NCBI GenBank assembly: GCA_049323035.1
Contig: JBMOLB010000005.1
Location: 110,402-174,401, forward strand
Reading direction: 5' to 3'
Source: Patescibacteria group bacterium
GTDB lineage: Bacteria > Patescibacteriota > Microgenomatia > UBA1406 > GWC2-37-13
DNA: 64,000 bases
Shown here: positions 46,582-56,195 of the stretch, in pieces
Position numbering within the stretch: position 1 is the first letter of the stretch
Layout: every line of letters starts with the position of its first letter
Translations under genes and position numbers: made by a program
Notes under the pieces: generated by a model
What the model saw: the letters and a program-made list of their open reading frames with translations, nothing else
The model's database searches: none
What the model was told of the DNA's origin: nothing

Positions 46582-48015
46582 ATGAAGATTTCCGAAGGTT
46601 TGACTTATGATGACGTTTTACTGATTCCGCAAAGATCGTATATCGATCACCGTTCTGACGTTTCCACGAAAACCAAACTGACTCGCAATATTTCGCTTAA
46701 CATACCTTTCATATCGGCCAACATGGACACTGTGACCGAAGCGGATATGGCGATTGCATTGGCTCATGAGGGCGGAATCGGAATAATCCATAGGTTCATG
46801 ACGGTCGAGGAAGAAGTCGAACAGGTCAACCGGGTCAAGCGTGAGGTTGGCTTTATTCTCGGTAATCCATATACGGTTACACCCGATACCCCGATCAAAA
46901 AAGTCATCGACCGGGCCAAAAAGCTCGACGTGAACGGGTTCGTGGTTGTTGACGACAAGGGTAAGCTGGTCGGATTGTTGAGCCGGAGGGATTATTCCTT
47001 TCAAAACGAAAACAATAAACTGGCCAGGGACCTTATGACACCACTGAAAAAACTCATTACCGGGAAAGTCGGAATAAAGATAAGCGATGCGGAGAAAATT
47101 TTCAGCCGGCATAAGATCGAAAAACTGCCCTTGGTGGGCAAAAGCGGGGAATTGAAGGGCTTGATCACGGCGCGGTCTATCAGGAGTTTTGAACGGGCGT
47201 CCCTCTCATCAAGAGACAGGAACGGAAGGTACCTGGTCGGGGCAGCCGTCGGGGTTGTTAAAGACTACATGGAGCGAGCCGAAGCGCTTGTTGCCGCCGG
47301 GTGCGATGTCCTTGTTGTCGACGTTGCCCACGGGCATAACGACGTTGCCATGCGGGCAATCTTGTCGTTGAGGAAAAAATTCAAAAATATCGATCTTATC
47401 GGGGGCAATGTCGCAACCGCCCAGGGAGTACGTGACCTGATCGAGATGGGAGTCGACGCCGTTAAGGTTGGTATCGGTCCCGGGGGACTGTGCACGACAA
47501 GAATTGTCGCCGGCGTGGGAGTGCCCCAATTCACGGCCGTTTCCGAGTGTTCCGCCGTGGCAAGAAAGAAGGGCGTTCCTGTAATTGCCGATGGAGGGAC
47601 CAACTATCCGGGAGACATGACCAAAGCATTGGCTGCCGGGGCATCGACCTGCATGCTGGCCGGATGGTTTGCGGGGACTGATGAGTCACCGGGCGGAATC
47701 ATCATGAGAAAGGGGATGAAGTTCAAGGTCCATAGGGGAAGCGCCTCTTTCCTGGCAACCGCCGACCGGAAAATAGAACTGGAGAACCACAACGAAAAGC
47801 AACTGAACACCATCGTGGCAGAAGGCGTCGAGGCAATGATCCCTTATAAGGGGAAAGTCTCGGATGTCGTTTACCAGCTGGTGGGGGCCTTAAGGTCAGG
47901 TATGAGTTATTGCAACGCAAAAACGATTTCCGAGCTCTGGAAAAACGCCAGGTTTACCAAGATAACGGAAGCCGGATTCAGGGAAAGCAAATCCCATAAC
48001 GTTGCCGAACTTTGA
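46582..48015 (+). CDS. guaB: IMP dehydrogenase
   Basis: [11 protein letters not shown], an inserted CBS pair, and the catalytic loop [11 protein letters not shown]. The ATG at 46582 is preferred over the listed TTG at 46567. Confidence 0.9.
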   Translation: MKISEGLTYDDVLLIPQRSYIDHRSDVSTKTKLTRNISLNIPFISANMDTVTEADMAIALAHEGGIGIIHRFMTVEEEVEQVNRVKREVGFILGNPYTVTPDTPIKKVIDRAKKLDVNGFVVVDDKGKLVGLLSRRDYSFQNENNKLARDLMTPLKKLITGKVGIKISDAEKIFSRHKIEKLPLVGKSGELKGLITARSIRSFERASLSSRDRNGRYLVGAAVGVVKDYMERAEALVAAGCDVLVVDVAHGHNDVAMRAILSLRKKFKNIDLIGGNVATAQGVRDLIEMGVDAVKVGIGPGGLCTTRIVAGVGVPQFTAVSECSAVARKKGVPVIADGGTNYPGDMTKALAAGASTCMLAGWFAGTDESPGGIIMRKGMKFKVHRGSASFLATADRKIELENHNEKQLNTIVAEGVEAMIPYKGKVSDVVYQLVGALRSGMSYCNAKTISELWKNARFTKITEAGFRESKSHNVAEL

Positions 48016-48019
48016 TTTT

Positions 48020-48235
48020 CTATTGCTGTTTGAGAACATAGGGGGTTTTGCAGCGTTTGCATGTTTTCTTGACGACTGCCTTGGCCTCTTCCCGTATGTG
48101 CCCTTTGGCCTTGACCCAGGAAATGGCCCCCGTGTTTATGCAAAGATTTCCTACGTCGGGGTGAATCATCTCAAACTGGAATTCTTGTCTTAAGAATGAA
48201 GCGTCTTCAAATTTTACGCGGGCTTTTTCAGGCAT
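48020..48235 (-). CDS. small hypothetical protein with C-terminal CxxC
   Basis: The start is moved to MPEKARV because the listed start overlaps tRNA-Leu. Ends KKTCKRCKTPYV. Confidence 0.45.
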   Translation of the reverse strand: MPEKARVKFEDASFLRQEFQFEMIHPDVGNLCINTGAISWVKAKGHIREEAKAVVKKTCKRCKTPYVLKQQ

Positions 48236-48241
48236 TCTAAG

Positions 48242-48323
48242 TGGGTGAGGAGGGAGTCGAACCCTCACGGCTTGTGGCCATTAGTTTTTGAGACTAACCT
48301 GTATGCCATTCCAGCACTCACCC
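48242..48323 (-). tRNA. tRNA-Leu (CAA)
   Basis: Manual fold gives the acceptor GGGTGAG/CTCACCC, the anticodon stem TTAGT/ACTAA with loop CTCAAAA, a long variable arm, and the T-arm GAGGG-TTCGACT-CCCTC. Confidence 0.9.
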
Positions 48324-48365
48324 AGATTAGAGTAAATTATATCATCCCGGCTAATTTTTTTGTCC

Positions 48366-48396
48366 TTGACAAAATTTTTTTATGATTTAATATATT
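48366..48396 (+). promoter_or_regulatory. candidate promoter of the pyr operon
   Basis: TTGACA (48366-48371) followed by an AT-rich region with -10 candidates AATATA/TATATT at 17-19 nt. Confidence 0.4.
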
Positions 48397-48417
48397 ACAG
48401 TTAGATATATAAAAAAT

Positions 48418-48453
48418 ATGAAGATTATTCTCAATCCCGAAAAGAATTTTTAA
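48418..48453 (+). CDS. candidate 11-aa pyr leader peptide (MKIILNPEKNF)
   Basis: An ATG...TAA mini-ORF that ends 4 nt before the attenuator stem. Confidence 0.3.
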   Translation: MKIILNPEKNF

Positions 48454-48457
48454 TCAT

Positions 48458-48482
48458 CCGCCCGTCAGGGGCGGTTTTTTTT
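48458..48482 (+). terminator. intrinsic terminator/attenuator upstream of pyrB
   Basis: CCGCCC-GTCA-GGGGCGG followed by T8, 20 nt before the pyrB ATG. Confidence 0.6.
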
Positions 48483-48502
48483 AACAGTTAACCGAGAAAA
48501 GA

Positions 48503-49459
48503 ATGCTTAAGCCAATAAGAAGCAACTTCAAAGGAAAAGACATTATTTCACTGGATCAATTTGATAAAAAATCCGTAGAAATTCTTTTCAGGCAGGTAAA
48601 GAAACTTAAGAAAACTTCAGCTTTAAATCTCATGAAGACGGTCAGGGGCAAATTAGCCGGTTTGATTTTCTTCGAACCTTCAACAAGAACTTTTTCATCC
48701 AATGCCGCCGCATTCAAACGATTGGGCGGACAGACAATCGATCATCAAAACCCGTTGGCGACTTCATCGGCCGTTAAAGGTGAGAGTATAGAGGACATGG
48801 TAAAAATGCTTGAGCAGTATTGTGATGTGATCGTTATCAGGCATCCGGTTAAAGGAACTTTGGAAAAAGCGGCGGATGCGGCTTCGGTCCCGGTCATAAA
48901 CGCCGGCGACGGCATTGGCGAGCATCCGACCCAGGCACTTCTCGACATGTTCACAATCTATGAAAAGTTCGGGAAACTGACCGGACTCAAGGGGCTCATG
49001 GCCGGAGACATGCTCAACGGCCGGACAGTGCATTCGCTGATCCGGGGGCTTTCGATTTTCCCGGGAAACACTGTCTATCTTTTATCGCCCAAACAACTGA
49101 AACTTTCGAGGGAAGAATTTGATCTTTATGCCAAAAGGGGAATCAAGCTTGTGGAAATAACTTCAACGAAAGAAATACCCCCCGATTGTCATTTTTGGTA
49201 TTGGACCCGGGTTCAGAAGGAAAGGTTCAAGGATAAAAAGGAATACGAAAAACTGAAACTGAGTTTTATTTTAACCAAAAAATTAGTCAGTGATAAAGCT
49301 GGCAAAGATACTTTGCTGATGCACCCGCTGCCACGCGTCGGGGAAATCGAAACGGATGTCGATTCCGACAGAAGAGCAGTCTACCTTAATGTAGAACCAA
49401 AAAACGGGATGTATCTGCGCATGGGGTTGTTTAGTTTGATACTTAAACAAAATGAATAA
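48503..49459 (+). CDS. pyrB: aspartate carbamoyltransferase catalytic subunit
   Basis: EPSTRT, HPTQALLD and HPLPR motifs. Confidence 0.95.
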   Translation: MLKPIRSNFKGKDIISLDQFDKKSVEILFRQVKKLKKTSALNLMKTVRGKLAGLIFFEPSTRTFSSNAAAFKRLGGQTIDHQNPLATSSAVKGESIEDMVKMLEQYCDVIVIRHPVKGTLEKAADAASVPVINAGDGIGEHPTQALLDMFTIYEKFGKLTGLKGLMAGDMLNGRTVHSLIRGLSIFPGNTVYLLSPKQLKLSREEFDLYAKRGIKLVEITSTKEIPPDCHFWYWTRVQKERFKDKKEYEKLKLSFILTKKLVSDKAGKDTLLMHPLPRVGEIETDVDSDRRAVYLNVEPKNGMYLRMGLFSLILKQNE

Positions 49460-49555
49460 AAGCTCGATACCGTATTTTCTTGTCCGCTTCACCCGACGGG
49501 TCACCCAAGCGATTGACTTCGAAAATAGGTATCTTCGCTTTTCCTAATTATTTAT

Positions 49556-50587
49556 ATGAAAGCAAAACTTGTCTTAAAAGACGGGAAAATGTTTGAGGGC
49601 AATAGTTTCGGATATGAAGGGGCGTCGGCCGGCGAGTTGGTTTTTTCGACAGGCATGATGGGATATCCGGAATCGCTGACGGATCCATCGTACGAGGGGC
49701 AAATATTGGTTACGACATATCCGATCATCGGCAATTACGGAGTACCTGAAAAAAAGTACTGGGAATCAAACCGCATTCACATCAGGGGGCTGGTGGTGAC
49801 CCAATACGTGGACACCCCATCCCATTACCAATCAAAAATAACCCTCGCCCAATGGTTGAAGGACGAAAAAATCCCCGGCATTGAAGTCAGCGACACAAGA
49901 TACCTGGCGCAACATTTGCGCGACCGCGGATCCCAGCTGGCAAAAATAACTTTTGGTACGGATATCCCGTTTGAGGATCCGAACGCGAAAAATCTCGCGG
50001 CGGCCGTTTCCATAAAAAAACCCTTTGTAGAGGGCAAGGGAAAAAAGACGGTGGTGTTGATCGACTGTGGAATCAAGGAAAATATCAGAAGGAGCTTGCT
50101 TTTTCGGGGAACCAAATTAATCACGGTTCCGTGGGATTTTGACATATTTTCACTGAAAGAGAAAATTGATGGCGTTGTCATTTCCAACGGACCCGGTGAT
50201 CCTAAGATGGCCGATAAAACGATAGTGACCGCCAAGAAAATCCTTGACAAAAAAATTCCCGTTTTGGGAATTTGCCTGGGGAACCAGATATTGGCATTGG
50301 CCGCCGGAGGCGATACCTACAAGTTGAAGTTCGGACATAGAGGACAAAACCAGCCGTGCATCGAACAAAAAAGCGGCCGATGTTATATCACGACCCAAAA
50401 CCATGGATTTGCCGTCGGCAAGATGCCTGCGGGATTTGAACCATGGTTCATAAACGCCAACGACAAAACAAACGAAGGGATAATCCATGAAAGATTGCCA
50501 TTCATGTCGGTCCAATTTCACCCCGAAGCGACGCCGGGACCGACCGACACCCAGTGGATTTTTGATTATTTTTTAAAAAAAATTTAA
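49556..50587 (+). CDS. carA: carbamoyl-phosphate synthase small (glutaminase) subunit
   Basis: GICLGNQIL (catalytic Cys) and QFHPEA. Confidence 0.95.
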   Translation: MKAKLVLKDGKMFEGNSFGYEGASAGELVFSTGMMGYPESLTDPSYEGQILVTTYPIIGNYGVPEKKYWESNRIHIRGLVVTQYVDTPSHYQSKITLAQWLKDEKIPGIEVSDTRYLAQHLRDRGSQLAKITFGTDIPFEDPNAKNLAAAVSIKKPFVEGKGKKTVVLIDCGIKENIRRSLLFRGTKLITVPWDFDIFSLKEKIDGVVISNGPGDPKMADKTIVTAKKILDKKIPVLGICLGNQILALAAGGDTYKLKFGHRGQNQPCIEQKSGRCYITTQNHGFAVGKMPAGFEPWFINANDKTNEGIIHERLPFMSVQFHPEATPGPTDTQWIFDYFLKKI

Positions 50588-50588
50588 A

Positions 50589-53500
50589 GTGAGAAAATAC
50601 AAAAAAATTTTATTGCTCGGATCGGGAGCACTGAAAATCGGGCAGGCGGGGGAATTTGACTACTCCGGTTCCCAGGCCATCAAGGCTTTCAAGGAGGAAG
50701 GGATAAAAACGATCCTTATCAATCCGAATATCGCCACTATCCAGACATCCGAAAATTTTGCGGAAAAGGTTTATTTTCTTCCGGTGACGGTGGAATTCGT
50801 CGAAAGGGTTATCATCAAGGAACGCCCCGACGCTATTGCCTTGTCGTTCGGAGGCCAAACCGCCCTGAACTGCGGCATGGAGCTAGAACGCAAGGGGACA
50901 TTGAAAAAGTACGGCGTTGAGGTTCTCGGGACCCCGGTAAAGATAATCGACATCAGTGAAGACCGGAAAAAATTTGCCGACCATCTGAAAAAAATCGGCG
51001 TAAAAACCCCCGAATCAAGGGCGACCAATTCATTGAAGGATGGATTGAAGATTGCAAGGGAACTGGGTTACCCGGTAATGATAAGGGCTGGTTTCGCCTT
51101 GGGCGGACAAAAATCAGGGATTGCCGGGAATAAGGAGGAATTCAACGAAATCGCCAGCGCCGCCCTGTCTTTTTCACCCCAGATACTGGTCGAAAAATAC
51201 CTCCACCATTTCAAGGAAATCGAGTATGAGGTAGTCAGAGATGCTTATGATAACTGCGTTACCGTATGCAACATGGAAAATTTCGATCCGTTGGGAATCC
51301 ACACGGGCGAATCGATCGTCGTTGCCCCGAGCCAGACACTCAATAATTACCAGTATCACATGTTAAGGGAAATCTCCATAAAAATCGTAAGGACACTTGG
51401 CGTTGTGGGGGAGTGCAATGTCCAGTTTGCCCTTGACCCGAAATCCAACGATTATTACGTCATTGAAATGAACGCCAGGCTTTCGCGGTCTTCGGCTCTG
51501 GCTTCGAAGGCGACGGGTTACCCCCTGGCATATATTGCCGCAAAACTGATTCTTGGATATCGGGTGACCGAAATCATCAATCAGGTAACCCGAGTTACCC
51601 AGTCTGGATTCGAGCCGGCACTAGATTACATAGTCGTCAAAATTCCGAGATGGGACATCGAAAAGTTCCGCGGCGCCCAGGTACAGATCGGCAGTTCCAT
51701 GAAATCGGTGGGTGAAGTCATGGGTATCGGAAGGACATTCGAAGAGGCAATCCAGAAAGCCGTGAGGATGCTCGACATAGGCGCGCAAGGCGTTACCGAT
51801 AACGGAACGGACGACTTGAGTCCGACCCCCAAGAGGTTGTTTGCGGTTGCTAACGTACTCAGGAAAGGCACCTCGATTGAAAAAATATACAGGGAGACCG
51901 GAATCGACCCGTGGTTTTTGCATAGGATCAAAAACATCGTCGACGCGGAAATGGGATTATTAAAATCAAAAAAGATCGACAGGGAAATCCTGGCGAATCT
52001 CAAGAGGCTTGGTTTTTCCGACTCGAAAATAGGACAAATTATCGGAAAAACGGAAATGGAAATCAGAAAAAGGAGAATCGATTGGAGAATCGCGCCGTCG
52101 GTTTTTGCGATCGATACCCTGGCTGGGGAGTTTCCGGCAAAGACGAATTATCTTTACATGACGTACTGGGGAAATCACGACGATGTCAGTCCATTGGGAA
52201 ACAAAGCGGTGATGGTTCTGGGATCGGGGGCATACCGGATCGGCAGTTCGGTCGAGTTCGACTGGTGTTCGGTGATGACGGCTCGGGGGCTCCAAAAATA
52301 CGGGAAAAAATCCATTATCGTGAACTGCAATCCGGAAACGGTTTCGACCGATTATGATATGTGTGACAGATTGTACTTTGAGGAATTGACGTTTGAACGG
52401 GTTGCCGACATTTTTGAATTCGAAAGATCCCAAAACGTCGTCGTTTCCGTCGGCGGACAGACCCCGAACAACATTGCCAGGAAAATTGACGATTACGGAA
52501 TCAAAATAATCGGCACATCGGCACATGACATCGACCGGGCGGAGGACCGGAAAAAGTTTTCCGAACTTTTGGACTCATTGGGAGTCAAACAACCCGCCTG
52601 GAATAATTTTTCAAACGTTTCCTCCTTGCTGAAATTTGTGGCGACGGTTGGATATCCGGTATTGATCAGGCCATCCTACGTTCTTTCCGGGGCGGCGATG
52701 AACATTTGCTACACGGAGAAGGAGCTTATGTACTACATAAAAAAAGCGTCCGATATAGGTCGCGTTCATCCGGTAACGGTGTCTAAATTTATTGAAAATG
52801 CCCGTGAGATTGAGTATGACGGGGTTGCCCAAGATGGCAAAGTCGTGGTTAGCGCCATATCAAATCACATCGAGCACGCGGGTGTCCATTCGGGCGACGC
52901 AACCATAGTTTATCCGGCAGAAAGAGTCAGGTATTTCTCCGGTGCGAGAATAATAGAGATAGCGGAAAAGCTGGCAAACGCCTTGCATATAACCGGACCC
53001 TTCAACATCCAGTTCATGGTTAAGGAAAATGAGGTTCACGTCATTGAAATGAATTTAAGGGCAAGCCGGACTATGCCTTTCATTTCCAAGGTTACCGGTG
53101 TAAATTTTGCCGACGTCGTCGTCGATGCCTTTATGGGACGAGCCAAGAATCACAAGATAAACTATCCCGGATACGTTGCCGTCAAGGCGCCGCAATTCTC
53201 GTTTGCGAGACTTGAGGGGGCGGATCCGATACTTCGGGTAGAAATGGCGTCAACCGGGGAGGTTGCCTGTTTCGGCGAGACCGCCGAGGAGGCGTACCTG
53301 AAATCGATGATTGCGACCGGTACATCATGGAAAAAGAAGTCGGCGCTCGTTTCCATCGGAGGTGACGAATACAAAATGAGGTTCGCGGAATCTGTCTGGA
53401 GATTGAAGAATCTGGGGTTCAAAATATATGCCACAAAAAAAACCCACAGCTTCCTTAAATCCAAGGGGGTAAAAACCACCCTGGTCAACAAAATCTACGA

Positions 53501-53753
53501 AGATAAAGACAACAACATGATAGACGTAATAAAAGACAAAAAGGTTTCCCTTGTTTTTCATCTTAATCCGAACGTATCCGTAAACGATGAGTACTCAAGG
53601 GGAGTTAAAGACGGTTATCTGATAAGAAGAGCAGCGATCGACAGTAACATCTCGCTATTTACCGACATCAACTCCGCAAGACTATTCGTACACGCACTGG
53701 ATAAATACAAAGAAGAGGAATTAAAAATTAAAAGTTGGGACGAGTATTTGTGA
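50589..53753 (+). CDS. carB: carbamoyl-phosphate synthase large subunit
   Basis: GTG start. GSGALKIGQAGEFDYSGSQA. Duplicated ATP-grasp halves. C-terminal MGS-like domain. Confidence 0.95.
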   Translation: MRKYKKILLLGSGALKIGQAGEFDYSGSQAIKAFKEEGIKTILINPNIATIQTSENFAEKVYFLPVTVEFVERVIIKERPDAIALSFGGQTALNCGMELERKGTLKKYGVEVLGTPVKIIDISEDRKKFADHLKKIGVKTPESRATNSLKDGLKIARELGYPVMIRAGFALGGQKSGIAGNKEEFNEIASAALSFSPQILVEKYLHHFKEIEYEVVRDAYDNCVTVCNMENFDPLGIHTGESIVVAPSQTLNNYQYHMLREISIKIVRTLGVVGECNVQFALDPKSNDYYVIEMNARLSRSSALASKATGYPLAYIAAKLILGYRVTEIINQVTRVTQSGFEPALDYIVVKIPRWDIEKFRGAQVQIGSSMKSVGEVMGIGRTFEEAIQKAVRMLDIGAQGVTDNGTDDLSPTPKRLFAVANVLRKGTSIEKIYRETGIDPWFLHRIKNIVDAEMGLLKSKKIDREILANLKRLGFSDSKIGQIIGKTEMEIRKRRIDWRIAPSVFAIDTLAGEFPAKTNYLYMTYWGNHDDVSPLGNKAVMVLGSGAYRIGSSVEFDWCSVMTARGLQKYGKKSIIVNCNPETVSTDYDMCDRLYFEELTFERVADIFEFERSQNVVVSVGGQTPNNIARKIDDYGIKIIGTSAHDIDRAEDRKKFSELLDSLGVKQPAWNNFSNVSSLLKFVATVGYPVLIRPSYVLSGAAMNICYTEKELMYYIKKASDIGRVHPVTVSKFIENAREIEYDGVAQDGKVVVSAISNHIEHAGVHSGDATIVYPAERVRYFSGARIIEIAEKLANALHITGPFNIQFMVKENEVHVIEMNLRASRTMPFISKVTGVNFADVVVDAFMGRAKNHKINYPGYVAVKAPQFSFARLEGADPILRVEMASTGEVACFGETAEEAYLKSMIATGTSWKKKSALVSIGGDEYKMRFAESVWRLKNLGFKIYATKKTHSFLKSKGVKTTLVNKIYEDKDNNMIDVIKDKKVSLVFHLNPNVSVNDEYSRGVKDGYLIRRAAIDSNISLFTDINSARLFVHALDKYKEEELKIKSWDEYL

Positions 53754-53772
53754 TATCATTGTCGTTAAGACA

Positions 53773-53833
53773 AAAAGACTATTATAATACCTTAAATATT
53801 CGGGCAAAGCATAGCTTGCCCGAATGTCTTATA
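53773..53833 (+). repeat. conserved ~60-nt hairpin motif, copy 2
   Basis: AAAAGACT...ATATTCGGGC-N12-GCCCGAATGTCTTATA. Lies between the carB stop and the flavoprotein gene, ending 16 nt before the ATG at 53850. Confidence 0.55.
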
Positions 53834-53849
53834 TTAAGCAACTTAATAC

Positions 53850-55508
53850 ATGAAATATAAGATAGTAAAAACCGACATACTTGTCATCGGTGCGGGTGGC
53901 GCAGGACTTAAAGCTGCAATTGAAGCGAAAAAAAGGAAATCCAACGTATATCTTTTGGGAAAAGAGGTTTTGGGCTGCGCTCATACGGGAATGGCGATGG
54001 GTGGAATGAATGCCGCCATGGTAAAACCGGCAACCCCTGAATTTCATTCCCAAATCACCGACGAAGGCGGGTACATGATCACCAACAGAAAATTGACGCG
54101 AATATTCGGAAAGGAAATGCCTGACAGAATTTACGAACTGGAGAAATACGGTGTAATCTTTGATCGTTTGGAAAACGGACAATTCTATACCTGGGCTGGG
54201 CCAAAACAAAAACACCCATTGAATGTTTGCGTTGGAGACTATACGGGCCGCGAAATGATGCAGGGATTGGTAGATGAAGCGCGGAAATTGGGAATAAAGT
54301 ATACCGACGAATTCTTTATTAGCAAACTCTTAACGCACAAAGATAGGGTCGTTGGGGCAATTGGCGTCAACTTGCGGTCTTTGGACGCGGTTGTTTTTAA
54401 ATCGAAGGCGGTAATAATAGCCACCGGTGGGGCAGGGAGGATGTACGAAGTGACTACCAATGCGGCATCCAACACAGGTGACGGATACGCGATGGCGCTT
54501 GATGTCGGCGCCCGACTCATTGATATGGAAATGGTTCAGTTCCACCCGACTGGAATGGCGGCGACGCCATCAAGTAGAGGTGTACTTGTAACGGAAAAAA
54601 CCCGTGCCCACGGAGGAATATTAAGGAACAGGAAAGGGGAAAGATTCATGTCGAAGTATTATCCGAAAGAAATGGAGATGGCCAAGAGAGACGAGGTGAG
54701 TCGATCTATTTTCCAGGAAGTTGCCGCCGGACTGGGCACAAAAAACGGATCTGTTTATCTTCATGTTGATCACTGGCCAAAAGAAAAAATTCTTGAAATC
54801 ATACCCGACGTATACGAACAATACAAAAACATTGGCGTTGACATTTCCCGTGAACCGATGGAAATATATCCATCGATGCATCATATGATGGGAGGAATAA
54901 AGATAGATGAGTGGGGGAGAACCAACATCGAGGGACTTTTCGCTGCTGGCGAAGTGGCTGGTGGAGTTCACGGCGCAAACCGTTTGGGCGGCAATTCGAT
55001 TGCTGAGGGACAAGTATTTGGGCGAAGAGCGGCTATTGGGGCAATTAAATACTCGAAAAGCATCAGCAATATAGCAATAGGTAAAAAACAGATATCCAGA
55101 GAGTTGAGAAGAATTATGAGTTTCATAAAAAAAGATAAAGGTATAGCGCCGCATAAAATAGAAGATGCCCTAAAAAAAACCATGTGGAATAACGTTGGTA
55201 TTTTCCGTGACGAAAAAAGGCTGAATAAAGCCAAGAAAGATATAGTCTCCTTGATTAAAAAGTCAATAAATATGAGAGTCAGGTCGGATATCAGACAAAG
55301 AAACCGCGATCTTCAGGATTGTTTAGAAATTACCAATATGTTAAAAACCGCCCAGGCAGTTGTTGAGGCGGCCTTGCTCAGAAAAGAAAGCAGAGGAGCG
55401 CATTCCCGGTTGGATTATTCTCAAACCCTTCCCGATTGGGAAAAAAATATATTTGTTGAAAAAAGAAAAGACAAATTGATTACGGGAGTATTGAAAATGG
55501 AGATGTAA
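53850..55508 (+). CDS. succinate dehydrogenase/fumarate reductase/L-aspartate oxidase-family flavoprotein, soluble, divergent
   Basis: FAD motif VIGAGGAGLKAA. AHTGMAMGG, FHPTG and HHMMGGI. GLFAAGEVAGGVHGANRLGGNS. The capping-domain loop reads TEKTRAHGGIL, whereas I recall EGxRGEGG as the usual form. Confidence 0.8.
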   Translation: MKYKIVKTDILVIGAGGAGLKAAIEAKKRKSNVYLLGKEVLGCAHTGMAMGGMNAAMVKPATPEFHSQITDEGGYMITNRKLTRIFGKEMPDRIYELEKYGVIFDRLENGQFYTWAGPKQKHPLNVCVGDYTGREMMQGLVDEARKLGIKYTDEFFISKLLTHKDRVVGAIGVNLRSLDAVVFKSKAVIIATGGAGRMYEVTTNAASNTGDGYAMALDVGARLIDMEMVQFHPTGMAATPSSRGVLVTEKTRAHGGILRNRKGERFMSKYYPKEMEMAKRDEVSRSIFQEVAAGLGTKNGSVYLHVDHWPKEKILEIIPDVYEQYKNIGVDISREPMEIYPSMHHMMGGIKIDEWGRTNIEGLFAAGEVAGGVHGANRLGGNSIAEGQVFGRRAAIGAIKYSKSISNIAIGKKQISRELRRIMSFIKKDKGIAPHKIEDALKKTMWNNVGIFRDEKRLNKAKKDIVSLIKKSINMRVRSDIRQRNRDLQDCLEITNMLKTAQAVVEAALLRKESRGAHSRLDYSQTLPDWEKNIFVEKRKDKLITGVLKMEM

Positions 55509-55531
55509 AATTATAAGGCATTTGTGAGAAT

Positions 55532-56194
55532 ATGAAAATTGAATTCCGGATTTATAGATACAATTCGTCAAAAAAAGGCAAGGAAAAATATCAGGTATAT
55601 AAGATACCATACAGCAAAGGAATGACAGTATTAGATGTTGTTTCTTACGTGTATAAAAATATTGATCCGACTTTAGCATATCGGTATGAATGCCGGCAAG
55701 GAATATGCGGTACTTGCGGTGTAACGTTGAATGGTCGTCCCGTCCTGTCTTGTTCAACGCAAATTAATCCTAAAGCAAAAAAACAATCGATAGAACCCTT
55801 GGCAAATTTTCCGGTGGAAAAGGACTTGATCGTAAACCTGGAATCCACCCTTAAAAGATACCTGGAAATAAAACCTTATTTAGACAAGATTAGAAAAGCG
55901 GTTGTCACCAAATCCAAGGCAAACGAATCGAAACCGTTTAGAAAATGTATCGAGTGCGGTATATGCATCGCCGGCGCACCCGAGGAGGTGATGTTAACAA
56001 AGAAAGGCTGCATAGATCCGATGTCGCTCGTAAAAATAGCCCGATATGTAACCGATCCGAGGGACGGCATCAAAAGAAAAACTCTGGCTTTGAAGAACGG
56101 AATAAAAAATTATTCCGAGGAATTGGGAAAAGAACTGTCTGAGATTTGTCCAAGAGGAATCCCGATAGACAAAGCCATAGAGATTTTAAAATAA
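55532..56194 (+). CDS. SdhB/FrdB-like iron-sulfur subunit with degenerate cluster motifs
   Basis: The 2Fe-2S motif CRQGICGTCGVTLNGRPVLSC is intact. The next motif is CIECGICIAGAP, lacking the last Cys-Pro. Only one CP (ICPRGIP) is present in the third region. Confidence 0.7.
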   Translation: MKIEFRIYRYNSSKKGKEKYQVYKIPYSKGMTVLDVVSYVYKNIDPTLAYRYECRQGICGTCGVTLNGRPVLSCSTQINPKAKKQSIEPLANFPVEKDLIVNLESTLKRYLEIKPYLDKIRKAVVTKSKANESKPFRKCIECGICIAGAPEEVMLTKKGCIDPMSLVKIARYVTDPRDGIKRKTLALKNGIKNYSEELGKELSEICPRGIPIDKAIEILK

Positions 56195-56195
56195 G

